From a virus (taxonomy: Duplodnaviria > Heunggongvirae > Uroviricota > Caudoviricetes), in IMG/VR virus record IMGVR_UViG_3300032007_000006, positions 313,360 to 352,419 of that record: 39,060 nt of DNA; one strand, given 5' to 3'. The notes below the pieces were generated by a model that had not been told where the DNA came from, did not search any database, and worked only from the letters and a program-made list of their open reading frames with translations. A program made the translations under genes and the position numbers. Every line of letters starts with the position of its first letter. The stretch's first letter is position 1. Below, piece by piece: positions 1 through 9,275 of this stretch.

Positions 1-205
1 CATACGCATCTTCAAGCCAGTCCATCTGCCAGTCATATTCGCTCTTTGCTTCTCCAGTGTGGGGATCAAGCATCCAGCTTCCAACGGAGGCAATGGTCCA
101 GTCCTTTTTCAGAAGTTCTGGATGCACTGCAGCCATTGCGCTGTAGCTGGCGAAAAACTGCCCTTCAACAACAACGTGGCGGTATTCGCGGTCTAGAATG
201 TTCAT
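1..205 (-). CDS. hypothetical protein (partial, runs off left edge)
   Basis: ATG at 205 with AAAGGAGG SD and upstream promoter; open frame MNILDREYRHVVVEG... to the edge. Confidence 0.7.
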   Translation of the reverse strand, partial: MNILDREYRHVVVEGQFFASYSAMAAVHPELLKKDWTIASVGSWMLDPHTGEAKSEYDWQMDWLEDAY

Positions 206-288
206 CTGTCCTCCTTTGGTTCATTAAAGGCATCATAGCAGAGAACCGATGGCCATGTCAAGAGAAATTTCTGGCCATCGGTTCAACG

Positions 289-1371
289 CTAGTGCGCCTT
301 CAGGTTCCAGACGGGATGGAGATGCTCAACGACATCCACAGTCTTTCCATCTATGAGATGCTTAATGGAATCTGCATTCTTGTAGGCCTCGGGAGCCTCG
401 TCCAGCGTATTCTCGCAGACGGAAGAGGTGAAGATGTCCTTCATGGATTCCTTGTAGTCCTCCATGGAGATCAGCTTCTTGGCCTGCCCACGGGACATCT
501 TGCGTCCAGCTCCATGAGGAGCAGAGCAGTTCCACGCTTCATTTCCCTTTCCCATGCATATCAGGGAGCCATCAAGCATGTTCAAGGGAATCAAGACCTT
601 CTGTCCTTCATAGGCGGCTATGGAACCCTTGCGGACTATGGAATGCTCCACGTCAACGTAGTTGTGGATGGTCTCAAACTCTTCCAGAGCCTGCAGTCCG
701 CCAAGCTTCAGAAGCTTGGACATGATGCACTGACGATTGATGGACGCCCACTTTGCCGCCAGATCAACGTCATTCAGGTATCCAGCCAATGCATCTCCTT
801 CCAGCGAGGCCAGATCGGGATGCATTTCAGGATGCATCTGCTTTGCAATCCCCTGCCAGTAGTTTGCAACGGCCATTCCAAAGCCACGAGAGCCAGAATG
901 GACTATGATCCACTGGTCTCCATTGGAAGCCACTTCACAGGAAATGAAATGATTTCCTCCACCCAGAGAGCAGATGGAATGAACTGCATTGTCAATGGCC
1001 TTTTCGCCTATCTCATGGCAGCAATAAAGAGCGTTATAGTCAAAAACAGCATCAACAGGAACTTCATTCTTTCCAAACCCCATGGGAATGTTCTGGACGG
1101 CCAGAGCGTCAAGATGCTTGAAGTCAATGTCGGCCTTTCCAACATTGGCCGCCAGCATGCCGCAGCCAATGTCAACGCCGACAAGATTGGGTATGATGGA
1201 ATCGGAATAGGTTGCAGTGAAGCCAATCACGCATCCCTTGCCGGCATGAACGTCCGGCATGATGGCTATCTTTTCATTCTTGAAGGCTTCAAGACCAGCA
1301 ATGGTCTCAATCTGCTTCAAGGCCTCATCTTCTATCTGATCGGCGTATATCTTGACATTCTGCTTCATCAT
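289..1371 (-). CDS. rtcB: RtcB family RNA ligase (3'-phosphate/5'-OH)
   Basis: Motifs MPDVHAGKG, GVDIGCGM, SLGGGNHF, HSGSRG, HNY, HGAGR, DEAPEAYK; start moved to ATG 1371 after AAGGAGG. Confidence 0.96.
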   Translation of the reverse strand: MMKQNVKIYADQIEDEALKQIETIAGLEAFKNEKIAIMPDVHAGKGCVIGFTATYSDSIIPNLVGVDIGCGMLAANVGKADIDFKHLDALAVQNIPMGFGKNEVPVDAVFDYNALYCCHEIGEKAIDNAVHSICSLGGGNHFISCEVASNGDQWIIVHSGSRGFGMAVANYWQGIAKQMHPEMHPDLASLEGDALAGYLNDVDLAAKWASINRQCIMSKLLKLGGLQALEEFETIHNYVDVEHSIVRKGSIAAYEGQKVLIPLNMLDGSLICMGKGNEAWNCSAPHGAGRKMSRGQAKKLISMEDYKESMKDIFTSSVCENTLDEAPEAYKNADSIKHLIDGKTVDVVEHLHPVWNLKAH

Positions 1372-1437
1372 TGAAGCCTCCTTTGCGTTCACCGAGCGCC
1401 ATCGCTCTTGACAGAAACCTTTCTATCACAGGCCGTC

Positions 1438-1833
1438 CTAGGCGTCAAGCAGAATCTTCAAAATTTTTTCGTCCAGCCAGCGCCAGGACTGAGGAGGAGA
1501 CTTCAAGCCTATTCTCTCTAGAGACACTGGCTCACTGAGCCACTTCCATGCGCCTAGGACGAGGCCTGAGCCGCTGGAGCGTCTGGCGTAGTAGCAGTCA
1601 AACATCTCTTTCGGAACGCAGGAGAGAGCGCCCAGACGCTCCCATAGACGCTGCGGGGCATCATGCTCAACGTTGGCGATCTCCATCCATCCGACAATCT
1701 TCTTCACTGGAGAGCAGGAATAGACCCATGCTCTTCCAGAATATTCTGGAAAGGACTTTCTAAGTTCAACAGTCTTGCTTCCAGACGCAATGAGATCAAT
1801 CCACTTTGGCTTTATTGACAGAAGCGGCTCCAT
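1438..1833 (-). CDS. ASCH/PUA-like domain protein
   Basis: LLSIKPKW...SGSKTVELRK...YSCSPVKKIVG...PPQSWRWL is the ASCH signature. Confidence 0.85.
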   Translation of the reverse strand: MEPLLSIKPKWIDLIASGSKTVELRKSFPEYSGRAWVYSCSPVKKIVGWMEIANVEHDAPQRLWERLGALSCVPKEMFDCYYARRSSGSGLVLGAWKWLSEPVSLERIGLKSPPQSWRWLDEKILKILLDA

Positions 1834-2197
1834 TCTGTCTTTCCTCCAGCATCTTCAATGCGTTTTCAATGATTCTCAATCTAGCGTCCATGTCCTGAAC
1901 ATGGTGGCATATTGAGGACCACTTTGTCTGCTCACTCATTTCAAAGCGGTCAAACTTGCTCTTCATTCTCAAAATGGAGTTTGCCGCGATATTTTCGCCA
2001 GTTATGGCGGCGATTCTTGCGTCAAGATCATGGATGCTGTCATTGATCTGCATCAGCTTCCACTGCTCCTGAAGGGAAACAGTCTCTTCATCGGCCAGCA
2101 TACGCTTTGCAAGCCACAGCATTATCAATGCACAAGCGCCAGCCGCGAAGCATATTCCAATCCACCATGCAATGGTGTAGACAAGATTTGGTTCCAT
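1796..2197 (-). CDS. hypothetical membrane-anchored coiled-coil protein
   Basis: N-terminal hydrophobic helix followed by a heptad-like region. Confidence 0.7.
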   Translation of the reverse strand: MEPNLVYTIAWWIGICFAAGACALIMLWLAKRMLADEETVSLQEQWKLMQINDSIHDLDARIAAITGENIAANSILRMKSKFDRFEMSEQTKWSSICHHVQDMDARLRIIENALKMLEERQNGAASVNKAKVD

Positions 2198-2236
2198 TAG
2201 TCATCATTATGTCCATGAATTATTTGCTACATTTCA

Positions 2237-2458
2237 TCAAAAATGCTTCTCAACAATGAAATGAAGGCGATCCATTTCATTCCTGGCGCTTTCAACTATG
2301 CAGTCTATGCATTGCTCAACATTCGCCTTGGCATTGGAAGCCAACGGAATGCAGCTTCCTGGACAGTCTGGTTCATTGATTCTCGTTAATGGACAGTCTC
2401 CAGCAAGAACCAGACGAGATGCAAGAATTCTAATTAAGCGTTCTTCATTGCATGTCAT
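2237..2458 (-). CDS. hypothetical Cys-rich protein
   Basis: ATGA overlap with the upstream ORF. Confidence 0.6.
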   Translation of the reverse strand: MTCNEERLIRILASRLVLAGDCPLTRINEPDCPGSCIPLASNAKANVEQCIDCIVESARNEMDRLHFIVEKHF

Positions 2459-2922
2459 TCAAGAAACTCCCATCGGGAAAAGCAGTCCCTGTCTTCCGAA
2501 GTCATTATGGCATATCCAATCATCATGCGAGAAACGCCATTCATGTCCTGCCACTTCCACACTTCGGTGTCTGGAGACTTGTCATCGCGGGGTAGAGGCT
2601 TCCAGTGCATGGTCATCTTTGCGCCATATGCACGGTGCGGCACGACTGAAACGTCCATCTGCATGCCAAGATCCCTGTACGTCAGATGAACTTCAACGCA
2701 TATGTCCTCAGGACGATCCTGCTGTTCAAGCCACGCAAATGGATTGAATGACCTGCATTCAATCAGAGTCCTGCAGAAACTGTCAAATTCTGGACCTGCC
2801 TGAGGCTCTCCAATGGAATTCAGCAGATTGACATGATCATATGGAGAACCAATACAGGACGCTCCCCTGACCTTGCATTCAAGACTGCGGACGCATTCGT
2901 CCAGTTCCCTTGCACCATCCAT
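2455..2922 (-). CDS. hypothetical protein
   Basis: Start at MDGARE after AAGGAG; operon packing. Confidence 0.65.
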   Translation of the reverse strand: MDGARELDECVRSLECKVRGASCIGSPYDHVNLLNSIGEPQAGPEFDSFCRTLIECRSFNPFAWLEQQDRPEDICVEVHLTYRDLGMQMDVSVVPHRAYGAKMTMHWKPLPRDDKSPDTEVWKWQDMNGVSRMMIGYAIMTSEDRDCFSRWEFLE

Positions 2923-2941
2923 GCATTTCTCTCCTTGAATG

Positions 2942-3199
2942 CTATTCTTCGGCCCAGGCGTCAAACTGTCCGGCAATGTACGCGAGAGCCGTTTCATTGA
3001 TATGGCTCTTCATCATGCGTATTTGGCGATTGATATTGTCCAAACAGTCGGCCATGTCATCCAATTCAACGGACCTCTGCAGCCTGTCGTTGTGATATTT
3101 TATTTGAGCCAATGCAGTCTCAAGCTCCTTGACAATGGCATTGGCCTCCATGTGGGCCTTTCTCGTCATCTTGTCAACAGTCTTTGCATTCATCTGCAA
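2942..3199 (-). CDS. hypothetical coiled-coil protein
   Basis: GAAGGAG SD; operon packing. Confidence 0.7.
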   Translation of the reverse strand: MQMNAKTVDKMTRKAHMEANAIVKELETALAQIKYHNDRLQRSVELDDMADCLDNINRQIRMMKSHINETALAYIAGQFDAWAEE

Positions 3200-3218
3200 T
3201 CATCTCCTTCATTCAATG

Positions 3219-3803
3219 CTATTCGCAGTTGGCAAAGAAGTCTTCCAGAGCGGCTTCACAGGCTTCAGGAGTAGGCTCCTTGACAGTCCCAATCCATTCG
3301 CCGCATTCTTCATTGCTACTGGAGAGCCAGTAGACGGCCCATTCGCCACGCTCTACGCTGAGGCGAACACGGCCGCCATTGGACAGTGCAAGAATCTTGT
3401 CGGCCTGCTTCTCTATCTTGACAGGTTCAGGCTTCTTCTCCTTGACGCGGCCTTCAAGGAAGCAGAGGCCAGCTTCGCTTTCCTTCAGCGCAGAAACGAA
3501 TGCAGGAGCGTCCAGCTCATGCGTCTGGGGTTCAACCTGCGCCCAGTCATCCCAGCCATCGGACTGCCACTGCGGAAGCATAGTCAGACGAGTGGCAGAA
3601 CCCTTGCCGACTTCGACCGGCACGTCCACCATGCGGCCACGCTCGCGCTTCACAAGCAGACCTTGAACGTTGAGGCTCTCGTCCAGAACAATCTTGAAAA
3701 GACGATGCTCCACGCCAGCGCTGGTCACAAGCATCTTGAACGGACCAGCCTGCTCGATGGTGGAGGAATTGACAATGTCATTGACGTGGCCTTCAAGGTT
3801 CAT
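3219..3803 (-). CDS. hypothetical protein
   Basis: Start MNLEG after AAGGAG, downstream of promoter 3864-3903. Confidence 0.75.
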   Translation of the reverse strand: MNLEGHVNDIVNSSTIEQAGPFKMLVTSAGVEHRLFKIVLDESLNVQGLLVKRERGRMVDVPVEVGKGSATRLTMLPQWQSDGWDDWAQVEPQTHELDAPAFVSALKESEAGLCFLEGRVKEKKPEPVKIEKQADKILALSNGGRVRLSVERGEWAVYWLSSSNEECGEWIGTVKEPTPEACEAALEDFFANCE

Positions 3804-3863
3804 GTTGCGTCTCCTTGCTTTGGAGTGGCTAGGTTCGGGAAGAAGAGCCATCCTTCTTCCCTC

Positions 3864-3903
3864 TTGACAAGGACAGAATAGCAGGAAGCGGCCCTGCTGT
3901 CAA
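3864..3903 (-). promoter_or_regulatory. sigma70-type early promoter with inverted -35 copy at the start site
   Basis: TTGACA-N17-TATTCT with extended -10 TG; TGTCAA near +1. Confidence 0.85.
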
Positions 3904-3924
3904 GAGGGAAGTTCAGATTTTTTT

Positions 3925-4203
3925 CTAGTCGGTCACGCCGAGAACGTAGCATGCAGGACCAGTGATGTGAAGAGCGGACTCGCGGTCGACTTCAAAGGCC
4001 AGCTTCTTCAACGCTCCGATGCGGGAGGCTTCAGAGGGATGAATCACGTCAATGGCCGACCAGCGGTTCTCCTTCATGTGCCAAGTGGCAGTCATGATGT
4101 CCAGGATTTCGCAGGCCTGAACGCAGTTCTTGTCGGAGACGAAGGAGGAGGACCAGACAAGAGAACTTCCGATGCGCTTCTGTATGGAAATGACGGCCAT
4201 CAT
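3925..4203 (-). CDS. hypothetical protein
   Basis: AAGGAG SD and its own promoter. Confidence 0.7.
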   Translation of the reverse strand: MMAVISIQKRIGSSLVWSSSFVSDKNCVQACEILDIMTATWHMKENRWSAIDVIHPSEASRIGALKKLAFEVDRESALHITGPACYVLGVTD

Positions 4204-4243
4204 TGACTCCTTGGGTTGAAAGATTGACAGGGCTGCCGCCCTC

Positions 4244-4283
4244 TTGACAAGGACAGAATAGCAGGAAGCGGCCCTGCTGTCAA
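4244..4283 (-). promoter_or_regulatory. sigma70-type early promoter (identical to 3864-3903)
   Basis: Exact direct repeat of the 3864-3903 element. Confidence 0.85.
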
Positions 4284-4597
4284 GCGAAAAATTCAGAAAT
4301 TTTTCTCATCTCCTCGCCAGCAGGAGTGAGCGTCCAGCGGCTGCCCTGCTTGACGGCCAGACCACGCTGGACAAGCGTCTCCAGAGCGGCCTCCCACGCT
4401 TCCCTGCGAAACCTCGGCAGACAGCAGAGATCGAGAACATAGACGCCATCCTCGTCTCTGGAGAAGCGCCGGACAGCCTCATCTGGAAACACTGTCAATG
4501 CAAGCTGAACGTCTCCAGCAATGCACCAGAGAGGGCCACCAATGATTATGGCCAGTCCAAGCATTTCGTATCCAGTCATGATAGTTTCCTCCATCAT
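4280..4597 (-). CDS. hypothetical protein with winged-helix-like C-terminus
   Basis: LETLVQRGLA...WTLTPAG motif. Confidence 0.6.
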   Translation of the reverse strand: MMEETIMTGYEMLGLAIIIGGPLWCIAGDVQLALTVFPDEAVRRFSRDEDGVYVLDLCCLPRFRREAWEAALETLVQRGLAVKQGSRWTLTPAGEEMRKISEFFA

Positions 4598-4643
4598 TCA
4601 ATCGCAGAAAAGATGCTAGCAGAAAGATGCCATCAATGTCAAC

Positions 4644-4671
4644 AAAAAAAGGCTCCCCTTTCGGAGAGCCT
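4644..4671 (-). terminator. rho-independent terminator after the pal-like gene
   Basis: AGGCTCTCC-GAAA-GGGGAGCC hairpin followed by a T-tract on the minus strand. Confidence 0.8.
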
Positions 4672-4701
4672 AAATTGCGTCTGGACTTGCGTCAGCCTAG
4701 G

Positions 4702-5166
4702 CTACTTGATATAGATGTGGAAGTCATCCCTGCGGTTGAGGGCCCATGCTTCTTCAGTGTGGGCCGGATCAACTGGATTCTCTTCGCCAAGAGAGACAAT
4801 CTTGATCTTGGAAGGATCAACGCCTTCTTGCACAAGGAAGTTCTCAACGGCCTGAGCACGACGTTCGCCAAGGCCCTTGTTGTAGGTCTTGGAGCCACGC
4901 TCATCTGCATTGCCTTCAACAACAATGGCGATGGACTGCTTCTGCTTCAGAACATGCGCCTTGTGCTTCAGAAGGCACTCATATTCAGGCTTGATCACGG
5001 CACTGTCAAAGTCAAATTTGACAGGTTCTGCAAGGGCACCAATTTCAGAGGCCTTGAGATACTCCTCCTCAGGCACGACAGCGGCGGCCTTCTTGCCGCA
5101 GCCAGCCATGGCCATGCAGGCGATCATCAGAGCAGAGAGAATGAAAAGAGAATAGAAACGTTTCAT
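4702..5166 (-). CDS. Pal/OmpA-C family peptidoglycan-associated lipoprotein
   Basis: Signal peptide with lipobox MAG-C; VKFDFDSA, EGNADERGS, YNKGLGERRA, SLGEENP, NRR motifs. Confidence 0.92.
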   Translation of the reverse strand: MKRFYSLFILSALMIACMAMAGCGKKAAAVVPEEEYLKASEIGALAEPVKFDFDSAVIKPEYECLLKHKAHVLKQKQSIAIVVEGNADERGSKTYNKGLGERRAQAVENFLVQEGVDPSKIKIVSLGEENPVDPAHTEEAWALNRRDDFHIYIK

Positions 5167-5213
5167 GAAACACACTCCTATTAGCCCTAGTTGGGCTGTT
5201 TTTTGACGAAAGT

Positions 5214-5221
5214 TATTTATA
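5214..5221 (-). promoter_or_regulatory. T4-type late promoter TATAAATA upstream of the pal-like gene
   Basis: Exact TATAAATA on the minus strand about 50 nt before the ATG. Confidence 0.6.
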
Positions 5222-5642
5222 ATGCACTGTTTTCATCATTTTTTGCGCGAATGCATTCGTCCGACACAAAGAACAGATCCTTGCTTGATTCAAGCAGAAC
5301 CTTATGGGGAGAATAGTCATCATCCGAATACTCTGCAAACTCGACGTAACGTGCAGGCTCCCAGTCTCCATCTTCCAGCACGTCAACCTCCACTTCCTGA
5401 AGAAAGTCAAACTGCTTGTGCTCCTCAGGATTTTGAGGCTCTGGCCTGGGAACAACGCCAATCAGTCCTTCATTTCCTTCAAGAGGGATGCACTGGTCAT
5501 ACTGCGCCCCACCGAAAATGACATATGGCTCTTCATCGGGAGCGCAGCTTTTCTGCTCATATGCAAACAGGGCCGGCACCCAAGGGCAGTCAACAACATA
5601 CGTCCTGCGGACTAAAACACGTTCTCCAAGATGAAACTCCAT
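5217..5642 (-). CDS. hypothetical protein
   Basis: YDQCIPLEGNEGLIG resembles YKQAIQFKGNECLAG in the partial ORF at the right edge. Confidence 0.75.
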   Translation of the reverse strand: MEFHLGERVLVRRTYVVDCPWVPALFAYEQKSCAPDEEPYVIFGGAQYDQCIPLEGNEGLIGVVPRPEPQNPEEHKQFDFLQEVEVDVLEDGDWEPARYVEFAEYSDDDYSPHKVLLESSKDLFFVSDECIRAKNDENSAL

Positions 5643-5854
5643 TACATCTCCTCCTTGTTAAGAACTTTTGCTTCAAGTTCCTCAACCCTTGACTCCAGAT
5701 TCTTCAGTCTCTTCTCCATATGACTGTCAAATGCATCATTGGAATTTGCAAACATCTTCATTCCAAGCCATATGAGACCGAGAGCCATAAGGCCAGCAAT
5801 GGTGCATGCGGAAATCCACACCATGCATACTGAAAATGCTCCACCTATGTCCAT
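5642..5854 (-). CDS. small membrane protein
   Basis: TM helix plus coiled coil; TAATG coupling. Confidence 0.7.
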   Translation of the reverse strand: MDIGGAFSVCMVWISACTIAGLMALGLIWLGMKMFANSNDAFDSHMEKRLKNLESRVEELEAKVLNKEEM

Positions 5855-6195
5855 TAATCACCCTCATTATAATGCAGCGCATCGTTGACTAGTCCAGCAT
5901 CCTTTAAGCGGAAAAGCATCTCGTTCATCGACGCTTCAGTCTTCTCAAGCATAGAAATAATCTCATCGCGGCCGAAATATGTCTGCTCTTCTTCATCATC
6001 GGCCGTCTTCATCGCCTCATAGGCCTTGAAGCGTGGATCATCAGGCTGACCTTTGCAGAGAGCGGCCTGTCCCATGCATGTCTCCCACAGGACGCTGGCC
6101 TGCATGAGATGGCTTCTGGATTCATAGAGACAGCGGAGCCAGGAAGCGTATGCAAGTCTAGTCATCTTGTCCATTGAAGCATCCTCCTTCAGCAT
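5854..6195 (-). CDS. hypothetical protein
   Basis: Coupled stop/start; true start may be MDKMT. Confidence 0.7.
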   Translation of the reverse strand: MLKEDASMDKMTRLAYASWLRCLYESRSHLMQASVLWETCMGQAALCKGQPDDPRFKAYEAMKTADDEEEQTYFGRDEIISMLEKTEASMNEMLFRLKDAGLVNDALHYNEGD

Positions 6196-6207
6196 TAAAG
6201 CGTTCAG

Positions 6208-6390
6208 CTAGTCGTCGGAACCGCTTGACTCCGTTATTGATGCAAGAAAGGAGCCAAGAGCGTCAACCAGATCCACTGCATCCTTCTTCTGCTCCTGGCC
6301 CAGTTCCGACAGCGTGTCCATGCAGGCTTCAATGAACTTGTGCTGTTCGTCCACTATGTCTTCCAGCAGACTGGCCATGTCATTCTCCAT
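6208..6390 (-). CDS. small acidic hypothetical protein
   Basis: Operon packing. Confidence 0.6.
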   Translation of the reverse strand: MENDMASLLEDIVDEQHKFIEACMDTLSELGQEQKKDAVDLVDALGSFLASITESSGSDD

Positions 6391-6396
6391 GCTGTG

Positions 6397-6699
6397 CTAG
6401 TAGAGCGCGTCCACTACAGCATCTTCAAGCGAATCATCATTAAACTCAACAGTTACAGTCATCACGTCATCGAAGTCCACGTCGTTGTCAATACAGGCCG
6501 ACAGCACGGCCTCCCCTGCAATGGTGGGGAAGTACGCTGGTTCTCCATCGGCATCATCGACAATGGCGCAGAGATGCCCGGCGTAGAGGCCGTCACATAA
6601 GGAGTCGCGTTCCGCATTCTCTCCACAGCGGAAGGAGTGGACGTCAACCATCTCATCCAGAACGTTCAGCATGTGGCCATTCAGAGTCCATTTAGTCAT
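6397..6699 (-). CDS. acidic hypothetical protein
   Basis: Start MTKW after AAAGGAG. Confidence 0.7.
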   Translation of the reverse strand: MTKWTLNGHMLNVLDEMVDVHSFRCGENAERDSLCDGLYAGHLCAIVDDADGEPAYFPTIAGEAVLSACIDNDVDFDDVMTVTVEFNDDSLEDAVVDALY

Positions 6700-6716
6700 G
6701 ACTTCTCCTTTCAATG

Positions 6717-7013
6717 CTAGTTAAGGGTGACAGCAGGTTCAGCGAAGGTTTCATCCTTGAAAGAGACTGCAACCTCTCCAGCGTTCCACCACTCGATGCT
6801 CGTCTTGAAGAGGGCCCTCAATACGGCACGGCCTGCTTTGGTCAGCTTGTAGCCGAAGCTGCAGACGTGTTCGCAGAGGCCATTGCGGCGCAGGTCCTCA
6901 AGGAGGACGCTGTCCTCCTCGGTGGCCTTGTATGCGGTGCAGTCAAGACGACCAAGAGCTTCAACGTCATCCTGATAGAGAGTCCAGACCACCATTGCAA
7001 GCGTCTCCTTCAT
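6717..7013 (-). CDS. hypothetical protein, winged-helix-like
   Basis: Start MKETL; LEDLRRNGL...YKLTKAG motif. Confidence 0.65.
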   Translation of the reverse strand: MKETLAMVVWTLYQDDVEALGRLDCTAYKATEEDSVLLEDLRRNGLCEHVCSFGYKLTKAGRAVLRALFKTSIEWWNAGEVAVSFKDETFAEPAVTLN

Positions 7014-7027
7014 GTCTCGTTCAGTGT

Positions 7028-7062
7028 CAGCGTGGAGGGGACGACGCTCCCCTCCACCAGCA
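7028..7062. repeat. 35-nt hairpin element, copy 1
   Basis: Matches 7991-8025 with one mismatch; GTGGAGGGGA/TCCCCTCCAC stem. Confidence 0.85.
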
Positions 7063-7078
7063 GTCTGATGGACAAACA

Positions 7079-7351
7079 CTAGTCGGCGATGGCCACCTCA
7101 TAGTGGCCGAAGTAGTCGGTCAGCTTGTAGAAGATGGGCCAGGACTTGCTGAGGGCGAGGACCTTGATGGCCAGTTCAGCGACAGCCTCTGCACCAGAGA
7201 CAGCATTGGCGCTCACAGTGAGCTTCTTGGTGGGAGCCTTGAAGCCGAGGGCCTTGCAGACAGCGGAGGCCTTGTCCTCAACGCTGAACTCGGTCTTCTC
7301 GGAGACCTTGGAAGTGCGACCCACAAACTTGCTGATGACGATCTTGGCCAT
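7079..7351 (-). CDS. hypothetical protein
   Basis: Start MAKIV after AAAGGAG; tandem promoters upstream. Confidence 0.75.
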   Translation of the reverse strand: MAKIVISKFVGRTSKVSEKTEFSVEDKASAVCKALGFKAPTKKLTVSANAVSGAEAVAELAIKVLALSKSWPIFYKLTDYFGHYEVAIAD

Positions 7352-7407
7352 GATGCTGTCTCCTTTGCTTGGGTGGTTCAGGGGTGGCCTCAAGGCCCTC
7401 TCCCCTC

Positions 7408-7536
7408 TTGACGGCTTCACTCTAGCAGAGAGCAGAGAGGCTGTCAAGCAAAATTTTCAGATTTTTTTGAGGGCGGCCACTGCGGCCTCCTCGCTCTTGA
7501 CAAAGACAGTCTAGCAGGAAGTTGACCGTCTGTCAA
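7408..7536 (-). promoter_or_regulatory. two tandem early promoters (7408-7447, 7497-7536)
   Basis: TTGACA-N17-TAGAGT/TAGACT, each with the inverted hexamer and an A/T UP tract. Confidence 0.8.
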
Positions 7537-7559
7537 GCGAAAATCTCAGATTTTTTTCG

Positions 7560-7835
7560 CTAGTAGTAGAACCTCATCCAAGTCTGACCACCCCTGCTCT
7601 CAGAGTCAAAGTCCCCGTCACGATACATCTTCAAGGTGTCGCGGCCAAGAGAGGTGAGGTCGAAAGCGTTGCGGAAGAAGACGAAATTGTTGTGAAAACT
7701 GATGAGGCCAAGCGCAGTCAGATACTTCAGCATGTCAACGGACCTGTTCCAGGCCTCCATGGAGTGAGGGCGCCGCTTGGCCTTAATGGCTTCAAGATAG
7801 CTGATGTCGGTGGCAGTCAACGAGAGAGCAAGCAT
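7560..7835 (-). CDS. hypothetical protein, winged-helix-like
   Basis: Start MLALS after AAAGGA; LTALGLI...FDLTSLG motif. Confidence 0.65.
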   Translation of the reverse strand: MLALSLTATDISYLEAIKAKRRPHSMEAWNRSVDMLKYLTALGLISFHNNFVFFRNAFDLTSLGRDTLKMYRDGDFDSESRGGQTWMRFYY

Positions 7836-7937
7836 GTCTGGTTCCTTTAGGCTTCGTCTGAGCACCATCGCTCTTGACAGATACAGGATAGCAGGAAGCG
7901 GACCGTCTGTCAAGCAAAAATTTGAAAAATTTTTCTA

Positions 7938-7953
7938 TGCAATAATCGTGCCA
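7938..7953 (-). promoter_or_regulatory. sigma54 (-24/-12) consensus site
   Basis: TGGCACGATTATTGCA fits TGGCAC-N5-TTGCA. Confidence 0.55.
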
Positions 7954-7990
7954 AAGCAGTCCAGCGATTTTACGCGCAAAACTCTACAGA

Positions 7991-8025
7991 CAGCGTGGAG
8001 GGTACGACGCTCCCCTCCACCAGCA
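7991..8025. repeat. 35-nt hairpin element, copy 2
   Basis: See 7028-7062. Confidence 0.85.
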
Positions 8026-8033
8026 ATATGCTC

Positions 8034-8516
8034 CTACATGTCTTCAGGAGCAAAGACGGGAGATTCAGATTTCGCTTGATACTGCTTTGCAATGGCCTGA
8101 ATCTGTTCGCTGGACATCTGCATGTATTCAGGCTGGCGCAGATTGATCTCTTCAAGCATGCTCAGCATGTCATGCACGTTCTGCTCTTCTCCCTTGAAAT
8201 GCTCGCGTCCGACTATGCTCCAGCCCTTGCAGACGTACAGGCCGTTGTCGCCATTGTCTGCATCCAAGAGGTCGATGCGGTCGACACCAACGCTAAGACC
8301 ACCGCCACTGGAGCCAAAGAAGTTGGAGACGACCTGAACAAAGCGGGCCACGCCATAATTGTCTTCAGAGGGACTGCGGAATCCACAGGCCTTGCAGTAG
8401 GCCAGAAAGGCCTCAACGGAATCGCGGCCGCCGTTCCAATGCAGATAGACCCCAACAGAGTCTGAATGCAGTTCGTTGTCGCGGCCAGTCCAGCCAATAA
8501 CTGCACGATTGCCCAT
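8034..8516 (-). CDS. phage protein (paralog of 12566-13012)
   Basis: Shares MGNRAV...GVYLHWNGGRDSxEAFLAYC...DNGxYVC. Confidence 0.85.
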   Translation of the reverse strand: MGNRAVIGWTGRDNELHSDSVGVYLHWNGGRDSVEAFLAYCKACGFRSPSEDNYGVARFVQVVSNFFGSSGGGLSVGVDRIDLLDADNGDNGLYVCKGWSIVGREHFKGEEQNVHDMLSMLEEINLRQPEYMQMSSEQIQAIAKQYQAKSESPVFAPEDM

Positions 8517-8636
8517 TATATGCTCCTTTCTAGAGATAAGAGACGCTAACGCGGCCATCATGGCCTTCTTCACTCTTGACAGGACACACTCTAGCAGAGA
8601 GCAGAGAGGCTGTCAAGCAGAAATTTGAAAGTTTCG

Positions 8637-8861
8637 CTAGCAGAGACGTGCAGAGGCCTCGCGGAGCGTCTCCAGAAGACGATTCATGAGCGCCACGCTC
8701 TCCTCGCTCACCCAGTCTCCCCATTCGCCTTCCTCGTTCAGAAGATGGCGCCATTCATTGGGATCAAGAGAGTCGCTAGCAGGATTGTAGCGGACAGTCA
8801 TAAAGTCGTCCACATCAAACACAAGCCATTCGTCCTTGCGGTGCAGAAACGTTGCAGTCAT
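8637..8861 (-). CDS. hypothetical protein
   Basis: AGGAG SD and its own promoter 8900-8940. Confidence 0.7.
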   Translation of the reverse strand: MTATFLHRKDEWLVFDVDDFMTVRYNPASDSLDPNEWRHLLNEEGEWGDWVSEESVALMNRLLETLREASARLC

Positions 8862-9053
8862 GACAGTCTCCTGTTTGTTCAGTGAACCATGATGTCTCTT
8901 TGACAGGACACACTCTAGCAGAGAACAGAGAGGCTGTCAAGCAGAAATTTCAAAAAAAATGAGGGGACGTGATCGTTCAGGCGCGGCGCGCACGACCACG
9001 TCCCCTTTAAAGGGCTGACCAGCAGGCCTCAATCATGCTGACCAGCCGAGAGT

Positions 9054-9275
9054 CTATTTGAAGTAAGGCGCAACAACGCCGTCTTTGACGGGATAGAAGT
9101 CATCCTCGTCAACGTAGTACGCAGCCTTGTCGTTCTTGTAGAAGACAACATAGGAGTTATGGCCGTCGATGCCGCGGCAGTGGCTGGCCGCATAGACAGC
9201 GTCCTTCATGGAAGGACCATCATAAATGACAGTAAGATCCTCATCGTCCATGCTAACGAGCCAGTAGCTGTCCAT
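9054..9275 (-). CDS. hypothetical protein (paralog of 28324-28575)
   Basis: AAGGAG SD; shares GxxxxDAVxAAxH and KDGVV. Confidence 0.7.
   Translation of the reverse strand: MDSYWLVSMDDEDLTVIYDGPSMKDAVYAASHCRGIDGHNSYVVFYKNDKAAYYVDEDDFYPVKDGVVAPYFK

Noticed and set aside
46-1374. 442-aa plus-strand ORF
   Set aside because: Antisense shadow of rtcB; no motifs and no SD.
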